A stretch of DNA of 64,000 nucleotides from Methanotrichaceae archaeon (GTDB lineage Archaea > Halobacteriota > Methanosarcinia > Methanotrichales > Methanotrichaceae). Under the pieces are notes generated by a model that was given only the letters and a program-made list of their open reading frames with translations, was not told where the DNA came from and made no database searches. The DNA is taken from positions 96,001 to 160,000 of the forward strand of contig CAWEXU010000031.1 of NCBI GenBank assembly GCA_963813075.1, read 5' to 3'. The position numbers and the translations under genes are program-made. Shown in pieces: positions 20,635 through 31,749 of this stretch. The number at the start of each line of letters is the position of its first letter. Position 1 is the first letter of the stretch.

Positions 20635-23600
20635 TTATCGCTCCTCTCCGGCTATCGCCTCGATCGCTCCTCTCGCTCTATCGCTGCTATCGCTGCTATC
20701 GCTGCTATCGCTCTCATTGCTCACTGCCTCCTGCCTCAGAACGAGCAGCTCTCTTAAGTTATCGTTAGACAGCTCCGTCAGCCAGGCTTCGCCGGTCCCT
20801 ATCACCGATTCTGCCAGAGCCTTCTTCTTCTCGATCATCTGGTCTATTCTCTCCTCCAGTGTCCCAGCACAGACGAACTTATGCACAAAGACGTTCTTCT
20901 TCTGGCCGATGCGGAAGGCGCGGTCGGTAGCCTGATTCTCTACCGCTGGATTCCACCAGCGATCGAAGTGGAATACGTGGTTGGCAGCAGTCAGATTGAG
21001 GCCGAAGCCTCCCGCCTTTAGTGATAGTATGAATACTGGCGAATTTCCCTGCTGGAACCTCTGGATCATCTCCTCTCTCTGCTTCCGGCTGGTCTTGCCG
21101 TGCAGGAAGAGCGACTTCAACCCCAAGCTTCTCCTGCAGCTGATGTCTGAGCATCGCCCCCATGCCGGCGAACTGAGTGAATATCAAGGACCCTGTCACC
21201 AACAGAAATGGCCTCATCGAGCATCTCCTCCAGGCGGGACAGCTTTCCGGAGCGGCCCTCCAGCGGGCTTCCGTCCTGCAGGAAGAGCGCCGGGTGGTTG
21301 CAGATCTGTTTGAGTTTGGTCAGTGCCGCCAGAATCTGGCCTTTGCGCTCAATGCCTTCAGAAGACTCGATCCGGATTAGCATATCCTCCACCACCGCAG
21401 CATAAAGGCTCGCCTGCTCTGGTGTCAGATTATAGCCCACCTTCATCTCCGTCTTTTCTGGGAGGTCCGTTATCACAGAGGAATCGGTCTTCAGCCGGCG
21501 CAGGACAAAAGGCTGAATGAGATTTCGCAGAGCCTCGGAATGAGCCTTATTGTTGTATCTTTCTATGGGCAGCACGAAATCCCTGCGGAAGGATTCGAAT
21601 GAGCCCAGATAGCCGGGATTGAGGAAATCCATGATCGACCATAGCTCAGAGAGCCTGTTCTCCACGGGCGTTCCGGTCAGAGCGATCTTTTGGATGGCTT
21701 TCAAGCGCTTTATGGACTGGGTCTGCCGGGCAGACCGGTTCTTGATGCCCTGCGCCTCGTCCAGGACGATATGACCCCAGGATACACCACCAAGCTCTTC
21801 CTCATCCCTCTGGGCGAGAGCGTAGGTGGTGATGACCACGTCTGCCTTTTCCGCCGCCTCCTCGAAGTCCTGGCCGGTGAGGCGGCCAAGGCCGTGATGC
21901 ATGAGGACCTTCAGACCGGGAGCAAAGCGCTCGATCTCCCGCTCCCAGTTGCCGGCAACAGACATGGGACAGATGAGAAGAGTGGGACCGGGACCGTTCA
22001 CAGTCTCTTCTCTCATTCTGTCATTCTGTCCATTCTGTCTCTCATTCTCTCTCTCATGCAGAAGAAATGCAATCAACTCTATCGTTTTTCCCAGACCCAT
22101 ATCATCCGCCAGACAGGCCCCCAGGCCGAGCCGGTTCAGGTACATGAGCCAGGATACGCCCCGCAGCTGATAGGGCCGCAGGGTTCCCTGGAAATCTCGG
22201 GGTGAAGTGAGCTGCTCCATATGGCCGCCGGGGTCAGAAAGGGCGGAAATCATCTCTTTGATCTTACCCTCGGCCTCAAAGCCATTCACGGGAAGGGTGG
22301 TTTTCGCTTCAGGCAAAAGACTACCAGCCGGATTCAGGCCCAGATGGAGAGCTTCGGCCAGGGTCATCTCCTGATCCCTGTTCTTATGGAAGAAATCAAT
22401 GGCCGCCTCGATATCCTCAGGCCTCAGCTCCATCCACTCTCCCCTTATTTGAATAAGAGGGATCTTGAGGTGAGAGAGCTGGTCGAACTCCTCTTGAGAG
22501 ATATTATAATCACCCATAGATAGTTGCCAGTCGTATTCCACAACTGAGTTCAGGCCGAAGAAGGCAGAACCTGCGTTGCCTTCTTTCCTGGGAGCGTCCT
22601 TCAGCTGCAGCTTTACCCCCAGACGGGTGCCGGGTCGCTGCCACCAGGCGGGAAGCATTACTCCAAAGCCGTTCTGCTCTAAAAGAGGGGCCGACTGGCG
22701 CAGGAATGAATAGGCCTCATCGGTTTCCATCTCCAATTCTACAGGCCGGGCCGTCTCCAGGCTCTTTTCCAGCTGGGGAAAGAGTCGTGCTGCTCTGCCC
22801 AGGTCAGCGAGAAGCTGCTCATGCGGATTCTTTATGCTCTTTTTCAGGAGGGTGAGAGCATCTGACTTTGTCCTCCACACCTCTCCTGCCGGGACCATCA
22901 GGCTGCGGTCATCTTTTGCCTGCAGGAAGAAGCTCAATCTCCAGGTCTCCTCTTCCGCCGGGGCTTCCAGCCGGAAACAGGTGCGAAACGGCACAGACAC
23001 CGCTTTCGGCTCAAGTTCGCCGGTCCATGAATTCATCTTCTCGGCGAAGGCGGCAATCTCCTCAGTCGAGGCCTCAAGCGTTGGATCCATTGAGGTAAGA
23101 GACTGCAGGAACTGCTGGGGCAGAGGAGTCACCCGCGGTCTGCGCCCTCTCCTGGGTGGGAGGAGTGTAAGCTGTCTCAGGCTGCTGCGCACCAGAGAGT
23201 CAACCATTCTGTCCACGAAGCTTCTGGTCAGATCTTTGGGAGATGATCTATCGGTAGGAAATGATCTGAGAGCCTGGCAGCTTGGGGGAACGGCTTTTGA
23301 GAAGCGATCAAGCCTTTCCATATCATTCTCATCCATCACCGCCTTCCATAGAGAGGTCCTTACTCTGACCGCAGGCATAAACTGCTCTTTTGCCACCAGC
23401 TCCAGGGAATAGAGGGCGAGCCTGGACCAAAACCGCATTGAATCAGCATAAACAACTCCCTGGGGCGGATGTACGGGCAGGTCCAGAAGCAATTTGGCTG
23501 CCAGGTCAGGCTCAAGGGCAATTGCATCCACAGCGCATTCAGTCAGCCCGGCAGGCTTTTGTGAGATATAATCCTCTCTTAAGAGCCAGGGCGAGGGAAG

Positions 23601-23832
23601 AGGTCCATTTTTGCCGGAAGGAATTCTGAGAACCAGTGATCTTGTGTTGGCGTCATTCAGATGAAATGCTCTGGAAATTTGCGTTTTCAGCTCCTTTCCC
23701 GGCAAGGAGAATGGATGTGCCCGAATCCCTTCGCTGCTGGTAAAAGAGCCCTGATTGACCAGAGGCAGAGCTCGAGGATTCAGCCCAGATGTAAAATGCC
23801 TCGGTATCCCATAGAGAGTGCAAGACGTGCAT
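20635..23832 (-). CDS. SNF2/SWI2-family helicase (frameshifts ~23710 and ~21120-21200)
   Basis: [40 protein letters not shown]-terminus MHVLHSLW at 23832. Confidence 0.9.
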
Positions 23833-23878
23833 GCGTTTCGAGTCCTTCGGTCAGATCCAGCTTAGGTTATATTTGTAC

Positions 23879-24427
23879 TTAAATGCTCAGCCAGCGCAGC
23901 ACGGCGACGATCAAGACCGCCATCAGGGTGACGACAATGGCCGGCCTGATGCCGATAATCTCCGGTATTGTGCCCTCAGGAAGGGGGCCCCATTTCAGCA
24001 CTGACCGGTTCAGGGCTGGATAGAGGCGGGCGAAAATCCCCGCTCCAATAATGATCCCTATCATCCCCACCAGGGCATCTATCGCTCCAGACCCAAATGC
24101 AGCAGCAGCGGTCCCTGGACAGTAGCCCAGAATGGCAAACCCCGCCCCGAATATCAGCCCGCCGAGAACGGTAGATCCGATCGACCCGGATTTGTTGTGC
24201 AGACTGACCAGTCCCGCCGACCTCATGATATGAATCCCTATCATCCCCACCAAAATGGCGGTGAGCATCACCTCTGCCACTGTGTTGTCAGTGAGGAGCA
24301 GCTGGCCAACTATCACCCCATAGTCGGTCAGGCCGCCCTTCTGGAGGAGAAATCCGAATAATACGCCGAATATGAAACCGAGGGCGATCTGCATCCTTCC
24401 ATTTGACCTGATACTCTCAAAAGGCAT
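23879..24427 (-). CDS. YeeE/YedE sulfur-transporter family protein
   Basis: FGFLLQKGG, GFAILGYCPGT. Confidence 0.85.
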   Translation of the reverse strand: MPFESIRSNGRMQIALGFIFGVLFGFLLQKGGLTDYGVIVGQLLLTDNTVAEVMLTAILVGMIGIHIMRSAGLVSLHNKSGSIGSTVLGGLIFGAGFAILGYCPGTAAAAFGSGAIDALVGMIGIIIGAGIFARLYPALNRSVLKWGPLPEGTIPEIIGIRPAIVVTLMAVLIVAVLRWLSI

Positions 24428-24975
24428 TCTCGTCCCTCCTCATTCCTTCACCAACCCAAAGATCAGCGCGGCGACCACAATCCCGACCGGCAAAAAAGCA
24501 TATCACCGCAATCCAGCTGACCAGCGATAGCTGCAGAGTGCCGGATATGCCGTGCCCGGAGGTGCAGCCATCAGCCCAGCGAGCCCCCAGACCGATCAGA
24601 ATCCCTCCAAAGAGAGCGACGGCCAGGCGAAAGAGGTTATCCGCTCCGAAGGCCCCAGCGAAGACCGGAGGCACAATCAGAACTGCCAGACTGCCCGAGA
24701 GGAATGCGGACAGAAAAGAGCCAACTATCAGGCCGATGACGATCATCCACTGCCAGTCAATTTTGGGCTTGACCTTCCGGTAGTAGGGCATCTGAGCCGG
24801 CATTCTCCCGGTTTGCTGCCAATTCTATCATCCCGGCAGACTTGGCAAAAGCGGTCGAGGCACCCAGAGGGCGATCGGAAAGGAGAAAGGTGATCCAGGA
24901 GAGGACCCCTATCCCCGCTCCCACCACATACGGCGACCATGAATCCATTGTAAGCCAATCGATCATATAGATCAT
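24417..24975 (-). CDS. YeeE/YedE family protein (frameshifted)
   Basis: WSPYVVGAGIG...LGASTAF and GARWADGCTSGHGISG in overlapping ORFs. Confidence 0.8.
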
Positions 24976-26357
24976 TCTCTAAGGGTGCAGATACCGAGCT
25001 TCTGGTATGCAGTAAATCCGCCCGCCATATTATAGACGTTATTAATTCCGTTCATCTTCAAAATGGACGCCCCGATGCTCGCCCTCTGCCCTCCTTTGCA
25101 CATCACAATGTACTTTTTGTCCCTGGATAGCTCTTTATGCCTGGTCCGGAGGTCATGCCAGGGGATCTGAATCGCTCCGCTGACACAGTCATCAGTCATC
25201 TCCTCTGCGGACCGGACATCGATTATTGTCGCGTTTTCCGATACCACCATATCGTTCGCCTTCTGGGGGGTTACTATTGGAACACTATCCACTGGCAGGG
25301 CGTTCACTCCCCAGGCCAGCATGCCCCTTTCCAGGAACGCTTCTACCCTGTCCAAACCTACCCGGCGCAGCTGCAAAGCGGCCTCGTCCACCTGCTCATT
25401 CCCTTCAACCACCAGGAAGATGTCCTTTTCCGGGGGTATGACCCAGCCCGCCTGGGTGGCGAAGCTGCCGGCAAGATCGATATTCCAGGCTCCGGGTATA
25501 TGCAGGCCGGAGAATGCCGGATAGCTTCGTACATCCAGAATTTCTGCAGTTTCGGATCTTGTGCTCTTAAAAAAGGACTTCGGATCCATAGGCCTGGGAG
25601 GCTCAAGACTCCTCATGAGCTGGGGCCCGGTCCGGTTGATCTCCGAGCAGCGGGCGAAGTGGTCCGGGGCAGCCGGCATATCCGAGGTGAGAGAATGTAT
25701 GAACTCCTGCCGATCGGCTATCTGCAGGGCATAGTTGTACTTTCTCTCGTAGCCTATGGTGCTGGTCCTCTTCGCGCTCATCGCCCGTCCGCAGAGCGAA
25801 CCCATGCCATGAGCGGGATAGACCTCGCAGTGATCCGGCAATTTCAGGATCTTATCATGCAGACTGCTATAGAGAGATGACGCCAGCTCCTCCGCCATTC
25901 CCGGAAAGAGGTCAGGCCGGCCCACGTCCCCGACGAATAGGGTATCACCGCAAAAAAGGGAGACCGGAGTATCTGCTCGGCCGGTGTCAATGGCGATGTA
26001 AGAGATGTGCTCGGGGGTGTGGCCTGGAGTCTCGATCACCGAGAAGATGATGTCCTCCAGCTTTATCCTGTCCCCTTCTTTTAAGGGCTCATGGGGAAAA
26101 GCGCAGTTCCCGGATGCCGGAGCATATATCCTGGCTCCAGTCGCTTCCGCCAGGTCGAGGTGGCCGGAGATGAAGTCCGCATGCAGGTGCGTTTCCAGGA
26201 TATGAGTGATCTTAAGGCCCATCCTCCTGGCAGAATCGAGGTAAGGGCGGATGTTGCGTTCCGGGTCGATTACGGCACAGGCGTTATTCCCGGCGACCAT
26301 GTAGGAGCTATGGGCGATGCCAGGGACGAAATGCTGGTGAATGATCATAATTCTCAC
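24972..26357 (-). CDS. MBL-fold hydrolase (persulfide dioxygenase-like) fused to rhodanese domains
   Basis: THLHADFISG, TPGHTPEH, GDVGRPDL, C-terminal CKGGQRAS. Confidence 0.9.
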   Translation of the reverse strand: MRIMIIHQHFVPGIAHSSYMVAGNNACAVIDPERNIRPYLDSARRMGLKITHILETHLHADFISGHLDLAEATGARIYAPASGNCAFPHEPLKEGDRIKLEDIIFSVIETPGHTPEHISYIAIDTGRADTPVSLFCGDTLFVGDVGRPDLFPGMAEELASSLYSSLHDKILKLPDHCEVYPAHGMGSLCGRAMSAKRTSTIGYERKYNYALQIADRQEFIHSLTSDMPAAPDHFARCSEINRTGPQLMRSLEPPRPMDPKSFFKSTRSETAEILDVRSYPAFSGLHIPGAWNIDLAGSFATQAGWVIPPEKDIFLVVEGNEQVDEAALQLRRVGLDRVEAFLERGMLAWGVNALPVDSVPIVTPQKANDMVVSENATIIDVRSAEEMTDDCVSGAIQIPWHDLRTRHKELSRDKKYIVMCKGGQRASIGASILKMNGINNVYNMAGGFTAYQKLGICTLRE

Positions 26358-26363
26358 CTTCTA

Positions 26364-28139
26364 TCAGACGAACAGATAGATGAATATTGTTGCAATGCAT
26401 ATGAAAAGCACGGTCATAACGCCCCCCGCCTTGAGATAGTCCCTGGGAGTATATCCTCCGGGATCCATCAGCAGGGCGTTCACCTGGTGGGTGGGAAGGA
26501 TAAAGGAGTTCTGGGAGGAGACGGCCACCAGCAGAGCCAATGCCCGGGGATCCGCCCCTATCCCTGCGCTCAAAATGAGAACCAGTGGCACTAAGAGGAC
26601 TGTTGCTGCCACATTGGATATGATCAGAGAGAGAGCAGTTGTCAGGACGGCTACAGAGAGCATGACCGCGATTGGGTGGGCACCTGCCAGGAGATCGACA
26701 AAAGAGCTGGCGATTGCCATTGAGGCTCCGGTGTTCTCCATCGCTATTCCGAAAGGAATCAGGCCGCCGATAAGAACCACGCTCTTCCAGTCTATGGAGT
26801 GATAGGCCTCGTCCGGAGTCAGAATCCCCGCCAGTATCATGGCCACAGCGCCGGTGAGAAGGGCAACGGAGATCGGCATTCCCGTAAAAGTTAGGGCCAG
26901 GGAAGCAATGAAGATCAGCACCGCCAGGGATCCCTTCTTGTAGCGGACCTCCTCGCCCTCGGGATGGGTGAGCAGCAAAAGGTCCTGGTGGCTGGCGAGA
27001 ATCCTCAAAGTGTCCCAGGACCCGAAGGCGATTATGGTATCGCCGGCGGCCAGAGGGATATCGTAGAAATCAGATCTTGACTCCCTCATTTTGCTGTAGT
27101 GAACTATCGGCTCGATGGAGAACTTCTGGCGAAATCCAATCTCCCGCAGGGTCTTATCAAGGATAGAGGCTTTGGGCCGGACGATCAGCTCCGCCAGGCC
27201 GAATCCTTCGCTATCCAGGATGGACTTCAATCGGCTTGTATCCCCTGTGGGCACGCAGCCGGTGTCGGATATGAAATCCTCAAAATCCTCTCCGGACCCG
27301 AGGAAGGCCAGCTCCTGGCCGGATTCCAGACGGGCATAGCGGGAAGGGGCTACAGTCACCTCGGTGCCCTTCCGGATGGCGAGCAGGTTGAGGTCATATT
27401 TGATCTTGAATGATGCCTCTTCCCGGGTCTGGCCTGCCAGAAAAGAGGTGCGTGGCAGAATGCAGGTCTTGACTGTATAGTCGATGCCCCAGATCTCAGC
27501 CACCGTGGGCTGGCATTTCTTTTCCTTTTTATCTGGGAGTATGCGGGATCCAGCCAGGGCGAAGAGTGCCACCCCGACGACTAGCAGAGGAAGCCCCACC
27601 GGGGTGACGGCAAACATGGAGAATGGCTCGAGATTGTTCTGGCGCAGGAGATCATTGAGGATGATCAGAGGTCCTGAGCCGATCATGGTCACCGTTCCAC
27701 CCAGGATGGCGGCAAAGCCCATGGGCATCATCAGGCGAGAGGCGGGAATTGAGGTCTGCTTTCCTATTCGCCTCATCGCCGGCAGGAACAGGGCAGCAGC
27801 TCCGATATTCTGCATCACTGAGGAGAGCAGGCCCACAGTCAGGGAGATGGTTGTGGTGATCCTCCTCTCATCCGTCCCAGCGTATCTGATAATGCTGCTG
27901 GCCAGGCGGGATGTAACCCCGGTTCTCTCGATCCCGTATCCCAGTATCATCACCGATGCCATTGCCATCACCGCATTTGAGGCGAAGCCGGAGATGGCCT
28001 CCAATGGGCTGATGAGGCCCAGCCAGGCCAAAGCGAGGCAGGCCATGATGGCGACTAGATCGAGCCGGACGCGGTTGCTGATAAATAAGACGAGAGTGGC
28101 TGCGATCACGATGCTGAGCAATAGAATACCATCATCCAT
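26364..28139 (-). CDS. SLC13-family permease with TrkA-C domains
   Basis: Multi-TM; SRLMMPMGFAAILGGT, ISNVAATVL; central soluble domains. Confidence 0.85.
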   Translation of the reverse strand: MDDGILLLSIVIAATLVLFISNRVRLDLVAIMACLALAWLGLISPLEAISGFASNAVMAMASVMILGYGIERTGVTSRLASSIIRYAGTDERRITTTISLTVGLLSSVMQNIGAAALFLPAMRRIGKQTSIPASRLMMPMGFAAILGGTVTMIGSGPLIILNDLLRQNNLEPFSMFAVTPVGLPLLVVGVALFALAGSRILPDKKEKKCQPTVAEIWGIDYTVKTCILPRTSFLAGQTREEASFKIKYDLNLLAIRKGTEVTVAPSRYARLESGQELAFLGSGEDFEDFISDTGCVPTGDTSRLKSILDSEGFGLAELIVRPKASILDKTLREIGFRQKFSIEPIVHYSKMRESRSDFYDIPLAAGDTIIAFGSWDTLRILASHQDLLLLTHPEGEEVRYKKGSLAVLIFIASLALTFTGMPISVALLTGAVAMILAGILTPDEAYHSIDWKSVVLIGGLIPFGIAMENTGASMAIASSFVDLLAGAHPIAVMLSVAVLTTALSLIISNVAATVLLVPLVLILSAGIGADPRALALLVAVSSQNSFILPTHQVNALLMDPGGYTPRDYLKAGGVMTVLFICIATIFIYLFV

Positions 28140-28219
28140 AGGGAACAGGATTTGTGCAGCCCCAGGAGGATAAAAAGGTTATCTCCTAAGCAAAAATTAA
28201 AAAAAGGGATATGCTCTCA

Positions 28220-29296
28220 TCAGATGGTGAATCTATATGCCGCTCCGCTCACAAATGTCCCTTTCTCCCAATAGCTCTTTCCGTCTTTTGTGATCACTAT
28301 GGTATGCCACATGTCCCCCGGAACATTGAATCGGTAGATGCCGTCGGATAGATCCGTTCCGAATCCCTCTGTGCTGACATAATCTCCGTCAAGGTATACA
28401 TCATAACCTGAGAGCCAGCTTGACCTGAGGGTCACAGATGACGTGCCGCTGGAGGGTGTCGGGACGTTGGACTCCTGACCGGTCCAGTAGCTGCCGTAGA
28501 CATAGATGTAGATGTAGTTGCTCCATCCATTGCAGTAGTACTGGAGGATATGCCAGCCGGGAACATCTCCATTGAACCATTTCTTGTTCCATCCGGAAGA
28601 CGAATAGCCAAGATATTTTACCCTCAATTCGCCGTTGGGGTACCACTCATAGAACCAGAACGGCCCGGAGGAGGAGATCTGCAGCCACATGGGCTGCCAG
28701 CCGAACAGCTTGCAGCCTCCCGTCGTCTGGGGAACATAGCTCACATAAAGCTTATTTTTCGCTTTCACTGCTTCCGAGACCACTGCCTTGCTGCTGGAGG
28801 GATAGGTATACTCGATACTCGATGTTCCTCTTCTCTGCTGGCCCAAAGTAGAGGCAGGTTCTGCATTAAAGCTGCCACCGATGCCAGTTGCCGCGAAGTC
28901 ATTTGGAGAGAAATCAGATGCCGCGATCAGCGAGTCCTCTGATCCCAAGGAGCCTGGAGCTTCTCTGTAGTCAACCACTGTTGATTCTGCAGGGGAATTC
29001 AACCCCAGTACATCCGGACTGCTGGGGGCAACTGGAGCAGGAGCGCCGGAAGGAGCAGCAGTCTGGTATACTGTGCTCTGCTGCAAATCTGAGCCACTCC
29101 CCGATACTGTATTATCATTAAATTGAACATCATCATACTGGAGATCGCCGTAATTGCTGTCCGCATAGGTCGGGCCAAAGCCCCCCTGTCCAATTGCAGA
29201 TATCGCCATGATAAGAGTGAAAATGCTCATCATAGCAAGAAAAACAGTCTTATTCATCCACTTCACCTCGATCTTATATAATCTTACACTCCCCAT
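28220..29296 (-). CDS. Secreted hypothetical protein
   Basis: Signal peptide, S/P/G-rich linker, aromatic beta-rich C-terminus. Confidence 0.65.
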   Translation of the reverse strand: MGSVRLYKIEVKWMNKTVFLAMMSIFTLIMAISAIGQGGFGPTYADSNYGDLQYDDVQFNDNTVSGSGSDLQQSTVYQTAAPSGAPAPVAPSSPDVLGLNSPAESTVVDYREAPGSLGSEDSLIAASDFSPNDFAATGIGGSFNAEPASTLGQQRRGTSSIEYTYPSSSKAVVSEAVKAKNKLYVSYVPQTTGGCKLFGWQPMWLQISSSGPFWFYEWYPNGELRVKYLGYSSSGWNKKWFNGDVPGWHILQYYCNGWSNYIYIYVYGSYWTGQESNVPTPSSGTSSVTLRSSWLSGYDVYLDGDYVSTEGFGTDLSDGIYRFNVPGDMWHTIVITKDGKSYWEKGTFVSGAAYRFTI

Positions 29297-29414
29297 TGAT
29301 CCAACCTCTCTATCTACTATCCAGATAGATTATAATTTGATTCATTTCATGATGTAAAAAAGTATGTTTTGTATGAACCCTATGAAGATCAATTACAAGG
29401 TCCATTTACCATTG

Positions 29415-31403
29415 TCAGGGGAACATGGCCACCAGCTCATAGACTCCTGAATCGCTCCTTTTGCTGACTGCAAATCCCATCTTTTTGAAGAGATGGAATA
29501 CCGGATCGTTTCCTGCCAGGACCTCAGCAGTGAAGCCAAGGAGGCCCTGCCTTTTCGCGAGATAGGTCAGATATGCCAAGAGCTCGCCCCCTATTCCATG
29601 GTTCTGGCAGTTGTCCCTCACCACCAGCGCTACATCTGCGGTGAACATATCGCTGTTTATGCCGTACTGGCCCAGGCCGCAGATGGATTCCATGCCGTCC
29701 TCCTCTATGACCGCCACCAGCATCATCTTCTGGAAGTAGTCCACTGCAGCAAACTTCTGAAGCTCCTGGTGGGGAATGTCTCTCCTGGCGGAGATGAACC
29801 TCTGATACATGCTCTCATCAGACAGGGAATAGAAGAAGTCCTTCAGCAGGGGCTCATCGCTGATCTTCACCGGCCGCAACAGAATTCCGAGGCCCGTCCT
29901 GGTGGTCTTCCAGGCCTCCAGCTCCTCTGGATACTCTCCCTGTGCTCCGGGGATGAAGGCCTGGTCCGGATAGATCAAATGCATCCTCTTCGCCTCCTCG
30001 ATCAGCCAGAGGCGGAATATGGGATGGGCGATGGCGATGAGAGCCATGGCCCTCTCTCGAATGCTCTTTCCATGCAGGTATGCTATGCCGAACTCAGTGA
30101 CCACATAGTGAATATCCCCCCGGGTCAATGTGACCCCGGCCCCTTCCTTCAGGAATGGAACGATCCTGGAGACGCTACCCCCTTCCTGCGGGACCCCGCT
30201 TTCAGAGCAATCCGCACCGGTGATCAGGGCGGTGGAGGGCAGAGCGAGAATGGTCTTTCCCCCAGGAGCATAAGCCGTTCCGCGCATGAAATCAGCCTGC
30301 CCGCCGATTCCGCTGTAGAAATTGTGGCCCAAAGATTCGGCCGTTGCCTGGCCGGTGAGATCGATCTCCAGGGCGCTGTTGATGGCGATCATCTTTCTGT
30401 TCTGGGCGATGATCAGGGGATTGTTGGTGTAGTCTATGGTCCTGAACTCTATGCTGTCGTTATTTCGCAGAAAATCATAGGTCGAGCGCTGGCCCATGCA
30501 GAAGGTGGCAATGGTCTTTCCCGGATTGATGCTTTTATTGCTGTTATCCACCACCCCATCCCTTATCAGGCTGGCTATGCCATCGCTCAGCAGCTCAGAA
30601 TGCACCCCCAGATGCTTTTTATTCTTCAGGCTGGAGACGATGGCATTGGGAATGCTCCCGTATCCCACCTGGATTGTAGAGCCGTCTTCCACAATCCTGG
30701 CCACATATTTTCCTATCCCCTGGGCGATCTCTCCCGGGACATCCTCTATGTACTCCAGCAGAGGCTCATCCCAGGGGATCAGATAGTCTACCTCGTCCAT
30801 GTTGATCCAGCCGTCTCCATTGATGGCGGGCATATGCGAATTTGGCTGGGCGATTACTATCCTCGCCTTATCCACCGCCGTGCGGACGATATCAACGCTC
30901 ACTCCCAGGTTCATTCTGCCGTCCCTGTCCGGGAGAGTGGTCTGGATTAGAGCTACATCCAGCGGTATTCTCTCCGATCGAATCAGCTGGGGGAGGTTTG
31001 ATAGGAAGATGGGGGTATAGTCGGCAGCCCCTCGATTGACCGCATTTCTGGTATGGTCGCCAATGAAAAAGGAGTTGAGCCGAAAGTTGCTCTGGAACTT
31101 TTCGTCCGTATATGGTGCCACCCCAAGGATCACTATATTTATCAATTCAGCATCAAGAAAGGCTTTGGGCTTGTCTTTGACGAAATCAAGGAGCGATTTA
31201 ACCAGATGCTGAGGCTCCCCGCAGCCTGTTCCCACGAATATCCTGTTGCCAGGGCGAATTTCCTGGAAGATGAAGCGCTCCTTATCTCTGAACTTGCCAG
31301 GCCATTTATCCTTTATATCCTGCCAGAAGGCTAAATTATCATATGATTCCGGGTTAAGTGATTCCTGCATTTCGGGCTCCTGAGTAGTGTGATATATATT
31401 CAA
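29415..31403 (-). CDS. Acetyl-CoA hydrolase/transferase fused to a GNAT acetyltransferase
   Basis: GCGEPQHL, INSALEIDLTGQ, SGIGGQADF, YVVTEFGIA; C-terminal QNHGIGGELL. Confidence 0.9.
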   Translation of the reverse strand: MNIYHTTQEPEMQESLNPESYDNLAFWQDIKDKWPGKFRDKERFIFQEIRPGNRIFVGTGCGEPQHLVKSLLDFVKDKPKAFLDAELINIVILGVAPYTDEKFQSNFRLNSFFIGDHTRNAVNRGAADYTPIFLSNLPQLIRSERIPLDVALIQTTLPDRDGRMNLGVSVDIVRTAVDKARIVIAQPNSHMPAINGDGWINMDEVDYLIPWDEPLLEYIEDVPGEIAQGIGKYVARIVEDGSTIQVGYGSIPNAIVSSLKNKKHLGVHSELLSDGIASLIRDGVVDNSNKSINPGKTIATFCMGQRSTYDFLRNNDSIEFRTIDYTNNPLIIAQNRKMIAINSALEIDLTGQATAESLGHNFYSGIGGQADFMRGTAYAPGGKTILALPSTALITGADCSESGVPQEGGSVSRIVPFLKEGAGVTLTRGDIHYVVTEFGIAYLHGKSIRERAMALIAIAHPIFRLWLIEEAKRMHLIYPDQAFIPGAQGEYPEELEAWKTTRTGLGILLRPVKISDEPLLKDFFYSLSDESMYQRFISARRDIPHQELQKFAAVDYFQKMMLVAVIEEDGMESICGLGQYGINSDMFTADVALVVRDNCQNHGIGGELLAYLTYLAKRQGLLGFTAEVLAGNDPVFHLFKKMGFAVSKRSDSGVYELVAMFP

Positions 31404-31563
31404 TATGTATTTAATATTTATTTAAATTTTTATTTCATTTTTTTATTGTTATATTTAATCATCGGCAGTTCCAAAGGGAATTGAATCCATCATGAGGATG
31501 GAAGAGCACAGTGCCGACAGCATCTTTGGCAATTCCAGCTAACACCTCCATATTTAGCATCTC

Positions 31564-31678
31564 TTTCAGATAGGCGGCTCCTATATTTCAGATAGGCACC
31601 CTATATTTCAGATAGGCACCCTATAGTTCAGATAGCACCCTATAGTTCAGATAGCACCCTATAGTTCAGATAGGCGGC
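31564..31678. repeat. Tandem array of five 19-20-bp palindromic units plus a partial unit
   Basis: CCTATA(T/G)TTCAGATAG(G)CAC repeated head-to-tail. Confidence 0.9.
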
Positions 31679-31749
31679 CAATGTGTTATAATTATTTCGA
31701 TAAAGCGATCGCGCTGGAATATGATTTTTCTCATTTTTGCCGCATATCT

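Noticed and set aside
31564..31678. Possible CRISPR array
   Set aside because: Units are head-to-tail with no spacers, and there are no cas genes
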